Positions 21,099 through 34,324 of a DNA stretch of 64,000 nucleotides are shown here, piece after piece (position 1 is the first letter of the stretch; each line of letters begins with the position of its first letter). The notes beneath the pieces are model-generated. The model searched no databases. It was not told the DNA's origin and saw only the letters and a program-made list of their open reading frames with translations. The stretch is from Novakomyces olei (taxonomy: Eukaryota). Where the stretch lies: contig JADEYG010000009.1 in assembly GCA_016906335.1 (NCBI GenBank), positions 62,001 through 126,000 of the forward strand, given 5' to 3'. The position numbers and the translations under genes are program-made.

Positions 21099-24000
21099 AT
21101 GGCCTCGTCCTACTCTGAAAACGAGCCGCCGCCACCACAAGCTTCAGTGTTCGGGCGACCGACGCCGGTGGCTATGAAGCCGCAAACGGATATAGCCGTG
21201 AGCGTACCTGCTGCTACTCCAGATACCACAAATGGGGAACGGAAATCTGTAAAGGATTTGGCTGCTCAGGAACTTGCCCACGATGAGTCTCTGGCTACGG
21301 AAATGTGGAGGATGTATGCAAAGCAAAAGGCACAGCTGCCGAACGGGGCTCGTATGGAGAATCTGAGCTGGCGAATGATGGCCATGTCCCTTCGCAAACA
21401 GGAACACGATCGTCGAAGGTACTTTAGATGGATATACGAAATTATTTTGTTGGGTTTTTGTCAGATTTAGGTTTTTGGAAACAGTTTCTCTTTCATTTGT
21501 TTATTGTTCCTTGATCGTTGTTGGAAATGAACTGCTTTTCGGAGTTTCGGCCTTTTTTTGTTCGTCTTGTTGAGAGTCACTTATGGATCACTAACCTTAT
21601 TAGGGCCTCTTTCAATGCTATTAATGCTTCTACGGAGACCCTGACCGGTTCAGGTGCCCTGTCCGGCTTCAGCGCTAGACCTGCTATACGTGATGGCGGG
21701 TTCTCTGGAGCCGCAGTCGGTGTAGGAAATTTTGGAGATAACGATTTCACGTTTGGGCCTATGCAGTTGGACGACAATATCTCGGATGCTGTTATGTCTC
21801 CTCCATCGGCTACAAATGTACAAGATCGATCCGGCGCCGGTAATAAGGCATTCAACGACCGAAGCGCTGATCGTGATACGATTGGTGCTGCTTTTGCTTC
21901 TGTACCTGCTACTCATGACAAAATGTCAGAGTTCGGATTTGTGCAGCGGCATGTGCGTAAAACTTCGTTTGATGTTGCAAAGGTATGTGTATTCAATTTA
22001 TTTTAAATCTATTTTCTTTTTAATATTTTCACCTCGCGAATCTAATGTCAAGGGCAAAAAACGACGAGCCGAATTTTCTCCACATATGCACGCTATCAAT
22101 TCTATTGTCATACCTCATGATACAGGAAACGACGTGGTAACACCGACAGATCCTCCGTCTTTTCCCCTGCAGACTTCACATCCAAACGCATACCCATATA
22201 ATATAGATCCCTTATCGCTGGACAACGATGTGGGATCTAACCCTTCGAGCTACCAGTCGTTCCAATTCCAAGAATCTCTGCACGACCATGGAGGCTTCCA
22301 ATCGCTTTACAACTCACTAAACAATTCTACTCATTCACAGGCTTTTTCACCAGCGTCAATGGTCTCTTCCGCTATCCAATCGCAAGCGACTACACCTCAT
22401 GCTTATCCAGAGATGAATGAAAGTATTTTCTTTAACGGGTTTGCTGGCAGTTTACCAATCAGAAACTCAAGTCACCAATCACCAGCGGAAAGCAGTTTGT
22501 TTTCACCTGAAGCTTCATCGGAAGTTACACCTTCTTCCGTCTCTTCTTCACACATGACGAACCCTTACCACCACAAACATGCCAGTTCATTCTCAAGTGC
22601 TTCGCATGTAAATCCTACACAGATTTTGAATGGGAGCAATAGTGCCAGAGACGTCAACTCCCTGCAACAGCACCAGCAAAACCTTGTTAAACAGTTTAGG
22701 CTACAAAAGCCCAAAAAGAGTGTTTTTACTTCGGGCGGGGATGATTCAGAGAATGATGATGATGATTCTATGAACAATAGTCTTCAACAATACACAAGTA
22801 ATCACTCAGTACATAGTACAGGTGGCTACAATGCACGAGGTTCCGCTATTCAATCACCTGTTGACCTTGTTGATCAGGGCCATCAGCAATCATCTGCGAT
22901 ATCTCCCGAATACATCCAGTCTCCCCGGAAGAGCAAGCTCGAGGGATTCTATCCTGTAAAATCAGGATCCCAGCAGCAGCAGGCACAGTCGCAAGTGCAG
23001 CCGCACTCACTGGGTTCACAGAATCCTCGGTACGGGACAGCAATGGGAATTGATCTAAGCCGGGCAAAGTTTTCAAATAATACCAATACTAATACTAATA
23101 CTAACTCTGTGAATAATAATGTGAATAATAATGTTAATAATAATAATGCAAATGGAGGATCAACCACACCCGGAGCACACGCTTATTCCTTCTCAAGTTC
23201 TGGGTTTGCCAATTCAAGTGCATCTCACTCGGCAGCTTCTTCATTACAGTATTCTGGAACTAATACTGGCCCCAGTACTGCTTCAACTAGCGCATATAAT
23301 TCATCAGGGCGGCCTCGCAAAGTTACAATTGCAACACCAGACACGGAATACGATGCCTGGCTTTCTACAACTCAGTCTTCTTCGTCTGCTGCTGCGGGAA
23401 TGCTTTCAAAAATCAATTCTTCTTCTAGCCTGAATGGATCTTTGCCTGTTTCATTGGACGATTCTGCCACCCGTGGATCTATGGCAGGGTCGCGTAAAAC
23501 GAGCAGTACTTCTCTTGCCTCGGATTCTGCTGTTGCGCGACGGAAATATGCGTCCTCGGGGAATTCGCCTGTTGCTTCAGGACCCGGAGTGGGTTCAGGA
23601 CCTTCAAATAATGCTCCAATTAATGCTGAAGACATGTTTAGTAAACATGATCGCGCTGGAGGAGCATCAGCTTCCTCCTCCTCTTCTCTAAAAGCCGGAA
23701 ACAATGGATTAGCAGCCGGTCCTGGAGCAGGATCGGTGGTGGGCGGGGTTGGTGCAAATAAATCGGAACTTGGATCCGCCCCGACATGTACAAACTGCCA
23801 TACTCAAACAACTCCACTATGGCGAAGGAACCCGGAAGGTCAGCCGCTTTGTAATGCATGTGGTCTATTTTTAAAGCTGCACGGAGTCGTTCGGCCACTT
23901 TCACTAAAGTCTGATATTATAAAGAAACGAAACCGTGGAGGCCCCTTGTCTTCAACGGGACCAGTTGTGGGAGGAGCAAATACTGCAGGTAGTACTACGA

Positions 24001-24779
24001 ATGCAAGTCTCCCAGGTTCATCAAGGGAAGGTTCTATTGTTTCCCTGAATAGTATGAGCGGCAAGCAGGAGTCTGGAGGGATTGCCAAAAGGTCGAACAG
24101 TTCAACGGCCGGAATGGGTCCCGGAAGCGGATCCGGATCCGGATCCGCTCACGGTCGGCGTCAGAGCTCAGTCTCGTCACGGAACGGTCAGGCGCATACG
24201 GCCGATAGTACACCGACTTACTCTCTCCAATCACCGGGAACTGAGCCTAATGGAGCCAGTTCGGGGATGAGAAGTGGAAGTCTGATTATTGGAGAGGATT
24301 CGTTGCGCACAGATGGAATTCAGCACCTTACAGAGTTTCTTGTAAATTTTGGAAATACTTCGGCTGCCTCTGAAAGGCCTAAAGACTCGAATGCTGGCGA
24401 CGGGTTGACGGCCGGTTCTCTGCATGATAGCACGGAGCTGAGTCCGGAGAAGGATCACAGTAATAGTAGTCGTGGGTTTAATAATGGACTGCACTTCCCG
24501 GACTTATTACAGGACAGCAGCCGAATGGCGGTGGACAGCTCGAGCCCCGCCGACGATCTTATATCAGCTGCCTCGCGCGGAAAGTCTCGTGATTTGTTTT
24601 CCCGCTCTGGCGATTCTCAGGTCGGAGGATCCAACAGGTTAGAGCACCGATTACATCAGCAGCAAGATTCAGGGTACTCTGCTCTTGGGTCCCGCGAGTT
24701 TAATCATATACCGATAAGCAGCAATGACGAAGATCAGCAAGCACATATGAGTGATTGGGACTGGCTGACTACGATCTAG
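21099..24779 (+). CDS. areA: Nitrogen regulatory GATA factor AreA/Nit2/Gaf1 (3 exons)
   Basis: N-terminal [15 protein letters not shown] motif, [21 protein letters not shown] finger [41 protein letters not shown], and C-terminal DWDWLTTI resembling the AreA WEWLTMSL tail. Confidence 0.93.
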
Positions 24780-26536
24780 TCAAATTAATTTTGTGCAATT
24801 ATCGCGAGATTTTACTTTGTAGCCACATGTGTCGTTGCTGGCCTGTTTGTGTGTTTGAGTCTCTTCTACTGGAAAGAGTATTCGTCTTGTCGATCTCAAC
24901 TATATTATGTCATGGGGCATTTGTTTTTGTTTGAAATTAGAATTTTTACGTCGTTTTATCGACTGCGGAGTATCATACTGTTGTCTTTTTGCCAGCTTCT
25001 TTTTTATTCTTTTTAAGTTTTGTGGAAAAGCTGTCTTTGATTAAGCAGATATTTGTATTTTGTTTTGAGGTAAATGTCTATTGTGAAAAGGTCAATATTT
25101 TAATTTGGGCGATGGTTATCGCGGCCTCTTTGGTGAAACAATTTTTCAATATTTCCAATGGTGGCTTGTTTTGTAAATTTAATGCGCTTTTCATCATCAC
25201 GGGCTTATGATCCGAAACCGACGGTCTGAAACCCGTAATTTGAACTTGTGGTGATTCCATGTTTTTTTATTTTATATGTCTACGGTTCATGTTTTTTTCA
25301 TACTTTATAGTTTTGTGAGCGGTTCGCTTATTGCGACTGCGTAGCTAGAGCCCAAACGACAAATTTTGTATATGATTGATTAGTTTTCGAGGTACATCTA
25401 ACGTTACTAAATTATAAACTCAGAGCTCCATTAATTCCTTACCGCATAGGCCCGGAAAAAACATGCTTTCAAGTGCCACTGCGTGCATTATTGCTTGACC
25501 ATTACAATATTTGATGAACTTTAAATCGGGTAATCGTGTGGATGCCATGTGGAGGAAACCACCAGAACGAATTTTTTTGAAAACGAGGCAATATTGGTAC
25601 AAAAATCTGCGCCAAAAGTCTTAAATTCTACCTGTCGCAATAATGTTAGTATAATGAAACGAGTTTTCTATTAGGTTTATGTATCGTAGTCCTCGGAGAT
25701 TCGGCAGTAGATCATTCGGTCCTAGATCGGCGACCATTGTCTCTATTAATAGCGCACGGCTAGAAAAAGCCAAAGACCTTAAAATAGAAAAATTTATGCA
25801 ACATTAATGGACTATTTAATTCCAATTGGTAGCGGCAGAGCTAAGCTAAATCTATGAAGCTCTGTTCACAATAGGGTACGCTTACTAAACCCTTATAACG
25901 AAAAATACGACAATAAGAAGGTATTATACGAATGAAATAATAATATTGTATAATTAGCCCACAAGATGATTATTGTTGTGATATTATACTGTGATATAAA
26001 TAGTAGTACGTCCCTAAGGTCTTTCAGCCTTACAATACACAGGCTTACTATTATTATACCTTCACAGCCCAAACCACTGGTAAAAAATCATCCACACAAA
26101 ATGAAAAATAAATACAGCCGCAGAGACAGCGTCAAGAGTGAAACAAATTGGACAGAGAAATAGTGCCTTATTCAAAAACTTGAGCATCTTTGGAGCGCAG
26201 ATATTGTATTTGTTCAAGGGCAGCGTACAGCAAACGATACACGTAATTAAAAGACTTAAACAAAGTGTATATAATATACATCATAGAGCGGTAATCAATC
26301 AATCAATTATTATTAATACTACTTGTAACTGAGTATTCAATCAAAACACAGCATTTGCAATAAGAATAGCAGGACATTTTATAATATGTCTACGAAATAT
26401 ACCGCTTTACGCATATAACTCGTAAGCCCCATACGCGAGGAAAACGAGCAGGGCCAACTGATCTCGTCAACGCGCATATATTGGGTGTCGAAGCTGCCGC
26501 GTTCTCGGCTTGGCACATTGTGCGTGTGTGTCCGAC

Positions 26537-29500
26537 ATGCAAGACGCTTCAGAGGGGCCAAAGCTGAGAATCTTGTGTGGTACGTTTTAATTTCCCCTCT
26601 TTTCCTTTTTCAATGTCTTGTTTGGATGCTTTTTGTCCACCTTTTCTTGCCTGAGAAAATCGGGTTTGGATTCCGCTATTGTTTGGATTCTGTATTTGCT
26701 CTATGCTCGTGGCACACGTTTATTTGGCGCGTACTTGAAGGTTCCGCTTTTGATTCCGACGGTGTGCCGCGAAATTTGGGCGTTTTCAGTGAATGATCTG
26801 TTTATAATGCTTTTCTCTATTTTTAAGAATTCGGTCCTGTTTACACGAATTGCTTTATTTTTCGATTTGAAATTGCTGTTGTCTGCATTGAGCAGGTAAA
26901 GCTTGGATTTGATTGGGTTCTGTGCGTCTGCCTGTTTAGACGGACCAGAATTTAGTGCGTCCGGTCAATTTTGAAAACAGTGTGGATAAAGGATTATACC
27001 TGGTTTCACTTTTATACGCGCTCCCATTCCGCAGAGAATTGGTTCAGTTTTCAGCTCAAAAGGCTATGGCCATATTTAGTCTTTAATCTGGTCTTTGTTT
27101 AAATTATGTTATTTGTTTGTTACCCCATAAATGCCTTTTTTTTTTCAGTTTTTTTTTCTTTAGTCAGTCGCCGCTGATCGTTTGGCATCAATTCTACAAT
27201 CTCCCATTTTCCAAAACTCGCCTTTTACAGATTTCGCACTTTATTTTGCATATGTATGATCATGAACAACACTAATGCCCTTCTAGTCGGCAGCTCTCCT
27301 TTGATCGCGTTTTTTGCTTGGCGCGTTCGGTCAAGCAATGCTTGTGAGTGTGATGTCGTATGGCCTTCGCATTACGATGCAATAGCGTCTTTTGGACTTT
27401 CAATAAAGTGAGGTTAGAGCTATTGTTCCACGTCTAACGTATATTAGGTCGTCGTCGTTGGGTGCAGAAAGATACAAGCCAGCGCAAAGTAAGACATTTT
27501 CATTTTTCATTTATTTTTATTCATTTGTCAAATAAATATAACAAGTAAATTTTTTCAAACGAATACTAATTTAAGTATTTCGGAATATACGAGAAGCGTG
27601 TAATGATTTACCGTACGATTATGTTGTTTGCCAGGCAAGCGCGGCAGACTGCATTGACGTTTCAAACATGATTGAATGCGCAGTTACGCCTTCGCATACG
27701 TGCATTGTAATAGAAACAGGAGACTCGTTGGATGCTGAATCGGAATTTTGTGCAAAGTTCCCAAGAAATTTAGTAGCAACCCTGGTTTGCGATGCAGATT
27801 TAATGCAAATTGGGCCTGCGGAGTTTGATCACATTGGCGAGGCTAAAGCGGTACTTGGCTGGATTTCTCCCAACGCGCATTTGCCATTGGAGGCTCAGCA
27901 GGACATGGTTGAGTCGCTGGCGCTTACACTTGAAGCGGGATCATTGCCATGTAGCATATCAGACAATATAATTAAGGAGAAATGGAGGCAATTAGTCGGC
28001 CCAATGGCTCTTTACCCGCTAACAGTCGTTATGAACGAGCCCAGTGTGGCCAAAATCGTATCTCGAGCAGCTGGCCGCGATCTTTTAACAGGAATCATTG
28101 AGGAGATTGTGTACTGTATCTCGGCAAGATTCAATGATGTGCAAGATGAAAAAATTAAATCAAGAAATGTCTATAACCGAATCACCGCTCGATCCTCTGC
28201 ATCAAATTCTGCAGAGGCCCAAAACCCATTGTACAAAGAATATGCATCCCGAAGGCCTCTGTCTCTCTCTGTTTATGTTCAACCTTTAGCTGAAATGATC
28301 TCGGACCTTGATCCGGATGTACCCCGTATCAAAACGGTCCATGCAATTCTGGAACAGTTGAATCAGAGCGATCGTCTGCCTTACATGTTGAACGGAGGCA
28401 ATTCGTCTTTTGACGGTTCTTCTGTGTCTTCATTCAGACAAGGGGCAACGGCAAGAAGAGGAGCTCCTCCTTATCCCTACAGCAACAACACTTCAAGCGA
28501 AATACTATCACGGCCTTCAATGTCGGCTCCGTCTTCCGCTGTCCTTGACCCTCAGCCACCCGAGTTGATTGGCGTCCCTGGTGCTGTTTCTCCCGATGCA
28601 ATTGATCCACGGGCCTTTATGAATGGACCAGACAGGTATGGTGGAGGTAGACAGCCGGGAACAGGTCCGGGACCTGTTCCGGGTCCCGGTAATGGTCTCG
28701 GTCCGGCCCCAGGCAATTATGGGGTTTCTCGGCCTCCAGTCCGTGCAATTCGATCGGTTTCGCAAATGAGTTTTGATCAGAATGGCGGTCAATTTCAGCA
28801 ACAAAGGATCCCCGGTCGGCCCCCTATTCCGATGGGCCTAGGTGTCAATCCTGGTCAAGCAAGGCGAGGCCAAATGCCTTTCCCTCCCGCACGTTCACCG
28901 GCAGGAATGGCCGGCCCGGGTCCCGGTTATTTTGACGAAGATGATGATGATGACGATTACGGAATGGCCGTTTACCAAAGAACCAAAGGCAGCGGTAATA
29001 AAGCCATGGGTCGTCGTCAGCCTCAGATTGATCCAGAGATGGTGGATATGATGAGCTTGACAAATAGGCGAACAAGAAAATCACAAAATATCCCCAACAA
29101 GGGCTACATGCGTTCAATGTTGAATGATGCAGAAGCAAGTGGACGTGTGCCCCCACAAATGATGAATGGGCCTCCTCCTCCTCGGGCAGGTGCTGCCTCC
29201 TATATGGGAATGCCTTCTCCCAGACTTCGGCAAGGAAGCCGAAACGGGCCCCCACCAATGAGCCCGGGCCCGGGATCGATTCCGGGCGAGCAACGAATTG
29301 TAGACAATCCCATGTTCTCCTCCACGGGAAGCCCGTACGCTATGGTGGACACGATGGAAGCGTCTAGAACAAATTCAATGACGACCCAGCGTGTTGATGA
29401 CCTCGGAATGTTACGTAGAGATTCGGCAATGGCCGGTGGAGGGATGCCTCGGTTAGGGTTGTCAAACAGTGGGGGTCCATACGGTGGGGGTCCATACGGT

Positions 29501-29908
29501 GGGGGTCCCTATGGTGGGGGTCCCTACGGTTCTGTCCCGTACGGTGGGGGGCCGTACGGTGGGGGCCGTGCGAACGGAGTCGGAGCCTCAACTAGCCGTC
29601 CGCAGCTTGTCTCGTCAAACTCTTCCGCAAGTTACTACAACTCCTCTACTCTTCGAGGCAATGGAAATGGCAATGATAATGGAAATTTTAGCGATTCGGC
29701 AGCAAATGGGGGAGGAAACGAAATCGATGAACCGTTAGCTCCGCCCCCACTTCCTCAGAAATCAGGTGGACAGCCTCCGGTACGGAGTGTTACGGGAAGT
29801 GCAAGTGCAAGCATACATTCCAATAGGGGAGGAGAGCATATGAGCTATGGAGAAGGAAGCAGTTCGAGCAGTTTAGAACGGAATAATTTGGGACATGATT
29901 ATACGTGA
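26537..29908 (+). CDS. Svl3/Pam1-like protein (degenerate ketopantoate reductase ApbA fold plus long Gly/Pro-rich tail)
   Basis: Reconstructed N-terminus MQDASEGPKLRILC|VGSSPLIAFFAWRV..NACECDVVW..FGLSIK|SSSLGAERYKP across a 707-nt intron (26580-27286) and two short introns. MIECAVTPSHTCIVIET, EKWRQLVGPMALYPLTV and DMMSLTNRRTRK match this fungal family. Confidence 0.75.
29470..29567 (+). repeat. Coding 15-bp repeat encoding (GGPYG)n
   Basis: ggggg(t/g)cc(a/c/g)ta(c/t)ggt-like units, about 6 copies, within the Svl3-like tail. Confidence 0.85.
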
Positions 29909-32900
29909 CTGTATAAAGTTTTGTTTATATATCATCGGATATTTTACTTCAGGTGAAGCGTATGGCATATGATATGATGTGGATGTCGCTTGTATCTATA
30001 GACTCTTGTCTTGGTTTTTGTTTTCTTTTTTTTTTTCTTTTCTTTTATGTTTTTTTAATCGATTTTTTAAATGCCCAGTGCTCTGCGCAGCAGACAGGGT
30101 AAAGGCTGATACACTTGTCAAAGCAACGATCATGGAAATCAAAAATAAGAAAAAATGTTCAAAAGAGAAGAAGAATTGTTAAATCAGCATTTATATTGAA
30201 TCCCGGTGATTGACACGTAATATGCATTTACTTTACACCTATAATAATTAAACGAAAAGGAATCAATGATGGGAAGCGTTGGTCTTCAATCTGTCAGAAG
30301 GGCATAATGGCCCCGGATTACACATTACTTGGCTGGTGTCTCGTTAAGCCGTGATCTTCAAAACAGTCTGTCTCATATACTAATTCTTAATACCGGGTAG
30401 TTGTTTAATAATCATTTGGTCCCGTTTTACTTTTTTTCGTTCAGGGCATAGTATTCGCAGTAACAACCCATATAAAATATACATATTAAATATTAATCTA
30501 CATGCAGAAATTGGTAGACTGGCTAAATTTAGATTTAGCTTTGTCTAAACATATGGGTTCATTCCCATTGTAGATACTTAGTATATATATATACTATATA
30601 CATAATATGAATTTGTATGCTAAGAAAGTCATAAGCTTCATGCTATAAATTTGCTCTTCGTTCGCTCGGCGAATTCTCCGTTGTTTGTTTGTAACTGTAA
30701 ATTACTTCACTTGATTACAGTCAACGAAGTCGGGAGTGGCATTAATTGGTTTTGCGTACAAGCAATTTTCGACTATCGCTAATAATTATAAACTGCGTTG
30801 GTTTTATAGCCGAGATATAAGCGATGCACAAGCAATGCTATTGTGCACAAGGCGATTAAACGAGCGAATGATCTTCCAATATCGAGAATCTCATATGGAC
30901 AGAGTAGCAAAAAATTGATTGGGTCGTGTTTAGTTTGTTACTGTACAGCTGTTACCGTATTGCTTTTGTTTATTCATTTAGTATTTTTTCGTTCACGGTA
31001 CATTAGTACGACTTCAACGTACATCGATCACATCAGTAGCGGCAATACGAAACCAGCTGACGCTGAGCAAAGTATATATAGACGCGTTATATTACATTAC
31101 ATAACGGTTCTGTGTAAGCCATCATGCGCGAAATATTAATGTAAAATGATGCTACACGTATACTCGACCATCCAAACAATCATACGCGCTCTGCATCTTG
31201 GCACTCGTTCACGTAAAACGTTTGCTTCTTCATACAGACGTGCTCGCTGTCCGCTGCTTTTCATGATATGCGCCGAAAGGGGTCGTCTTTCCCGTCGGTG
31301 AGGAGCAGAATCGGATAGACATGCAAACGCCGGATAAATTAATTGTCGTGATGAGGGGAAAAGCCAGCACGACTGGCCTTCGTCATTCTATGTACGCACT
31401 ATTTTTTAATCAAACTCAGTCAGTCGGCTTAGGTAATTATTAATCCATCAGGCCACGTGGGAATTTTCGGCAGATCTGTCGATGGCAGCATTTGTAGGCG
31501 CTGTTGTCAGTATGCTCATAATGTGAGTTTCAGGAAATGCGTAATTTTATTGGACAATATCACATATTTCAAGGCCTTGCAAAAGGATAATTGCAAAATA
31601 GCCGGTAAATCAATCATCTAATTATCTAAGCATTGTTTTTATTATTATGTTTATTTTGCACATTCTCAAGTTGCGCTGGCGTTAATTATACGGTCACCAA
31701 ACAACGGCAGATGGCGGCAGATGATTAATATTTAATGCTTACACACACATGGAGAATTACTTATTATTATTAATCTGCTCGCAACTTTGATCTTGGGAGA
31801 TCTAAGAAGGGTGGGAGGCGATATAAAAACGGAATAATTAAAAGGGTCCTGTTACCTCTCACGGTTGCATCGAAGGTGCCAGCAGAGGTATAGATTTGGC
31901 TTTGCATGAATGAGAGAGTGGGAAAGATGCATAGATGCTTGTAAAATTTTTTGGAATAGATTTTCGCAATGATCTATACATTCGTCAAAGACTGTGATTT
32001 TCCAGCCTTAAATATATACAGGTATTTGCGACAGATCTAGATCTGTACAAAAAGCATGACACATTCCCGTCTGCTTTAGGAAAGTGCGTTTAGTCTCAGG
32101 CACATGATCTGATAACATATCGACCAGTTTGGGCATTATTTACACGATTTGATAATAGGTTTTTCATTTAAAAATTTAAAGTGTTATTTGGCAGACAAGA
32201 GATGCGTGCTTGGGTAATAAAGGAGTGCAGGTATAACAGCTTGTTTAAGATCGAGATCTTCGGCAGCCGCGTACAGCATGCGGCGCGTTAAACCGAATGC
32301 GGAAAGGCTGGGTCTAAAAGGTTGGGTTGGTGAAACAAAGGCTGGACGATGATTTACCGAAGCCATTTGCCACCCACTTTCCCTGCCTGCCATACAAGTG
32401 CCTCTTGCAGCCCAAAGCGCTGTCCTACTAGGATGGAAGCATAGATACTTGGAAATTTTTGGAAATAATGATGACCGAGGCAATGCTAGTGGGGTATTCA
32501 TTTTTGGGGCCCATAACCGAGCGAGTAGTCTTGAGGATGAGTCAAATAGGAAAGAGGTGAGAATACAGGAAAGCTTGAAATATCATCCAAAACCCACAGG
32601 TGGCCTTGTGGGGAAAGAGAGGAGGGCTATCGGCAAAGAGGGGTTCATCAGCGGTGGAGGAGCGAGCATCGTGGTGGGGGCCGAGGGAAACCCAGAGCTT
32701 CCAGCCAGCCCAAGATTCAAAAGTGGCAGGTGTAATTAGCAATTCCTAATTGACAGGTCGCGTGGTGCCTAGTTCGATGCAAGCACGCTGATTGGCTGAG
32801 CATGCTTACGGAAGCCTGGGCCGAGGAGTAATCGCAAACAGGTACGTGCACAGAGTGCACGCAGGCCAAGTATTACGGAGTTTTGTACCTGCTCGCATCG

Positions 32901-33470
32901 CGAAAGCCGATCGACTGCGTCTAGCCACGCGGCTTTTCCGTCGCCTTGTTTGGCGAAACTTTTTGCGCGCACATACCATCAAAAGGTGAGGGGAGCACAA
33001 TCACTCTCTTTTAATTACCGTTTTGTTACCGGCCGAAATCCCATGCGATCCACCCATGTGCCAAGACAAATTGATCACCAGTGTGACACGCATGCATAAT
33101 AATAGAGGTAGAATCAACTGAAAAGGTTATGTAATACGCAGTGTATCCCAAGTAAGAATATTTGTGCAGCCAAACACAATTCGGCAATTTGCGTGACAGC
33201 AACTCGCCATGGGTGCAGCAAGCTCCATGCCAAAGGGAGATTCGGCAGATCATGGGCTGGCAAAGCCGAAGCCCAAAAAAGAAAAGTTTCCGCTCTAGAA
33301 CATTTCACTCTCGTCACAACCATCTGAAATGTGACTTGCATTTGGCTCGCCGTGTATGGGTATTATGCCTTGTCGCCAAACCCGTGTCGTCACAGCGCAC
33401 GGCGGGGTGTACCGCCAGCGTGTCTCCCTCTGCGCAAAAGCGTTCTCTTGTGTATATAGACTTGAGCTGC

Positions 33471-33635
33471 CTGTGTATACTGTGTTTTCTGTGTATACTG
33501 TGTATTTTGTGTATAGAAAGTCCCGCGGAACTGTCATGTAGCAATGACACCACTCACGCACGTATACGGTACTACGGTATATAGTGTACACATACGGTAC
33601 ATAGTGTACACATACGGTACATAGTGTACACATAG
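33471..33635. repeat. Two adjacent minisatellites (18-bp x2.5 and 20-bp x2.7) with mutual complementarity
   Basis: ctgtgtatactgtgt(t/a)tt at 33471-33515 and atagtgtacacatacggtac at 33581-33635. Confidence 0.85.
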
Positions 33636-33821
33636 TCACAAATCCGTATACTGATTAATTAAACGCCATTAATGGGTGTCCGGAGAATATGACATGTCAA
33701 CGTATATACGCCGAAATATTTACGTAAAGCCAACACAACCCTACCACACAATTGTGGACGAGTCCCAAAACGTAAAAATTAAACAGGTCGAGAAAAAGGA
33801 ACGATAAACCCAGCAAAACAA

Positions 33822-33870
33822 GAAATATTAAATAAAACAAATATTAAATAAAACAAATATTAAATAAAAC
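33822..33870. repeat. 16-bp tandem repeat x3
   Basis: aaatattaaataaaac repeated three times. Confidence 0.9.
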
Positions 33871-34324
33871 CCTGTGATTATCGCAAGGAAAATCGTCCAT
33901 CCATCCCTCTGTCGTCGTTCTTTTGCCGACGAAAACACTAAACAGCCCACAAGCCGTCCCATCCAGGCGAAGGAAAGGAGACATACGCAAGTTAAGAGTA
34001 AGAGGAGGCAGCGGGACAGGTGAGCGTATAGGAAAGCGCATACGAGACAGTCTAGAGTCTCCTGAAGCTCCATCCACAGGGCAAGAAAAGCCTTTGCCTC
34101 CGCTGACGTGCCAGAAAGATTCTGGCAGAGTAAAGGCACCGGCTTTGCTGTGCCTTTCTCACGACCGGGCGGCACTGCAGCACCTGAACCTGGACCTGAC
34201 TCCAGCGTGAGAGCCAGGAATCGCTCGTGTACCTGCCGGCCGACGAAAAATAAATAAAAAATAAAATAAAAAAGGCAGAGCAAGCGACGAGAGCAGGCCA
34301 CGGACCTGGACTCCTGTTGCCTGC

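Noticed and set aside
24989-26332. Short ORFs between areA and the Svl3-like gene
   Set aside because: I could not splice them into a coherent protein. Composition fits UTR or intergenic DNA.
33515-33532. GAAAGTCCCGCGG, resembling the RNase MRP/P CR-I motif
   Set aside because: Imperfect match, and I found no complementary CR-V/P4 partner downstream.
32184-34301. Numerous 60-157 aa ORFs upstream of the MtfA-like gene
   Set aside because: They overlap on both strands, mostly have non-ATG starts, show no recognisable motifs, and some are generated by repeats.
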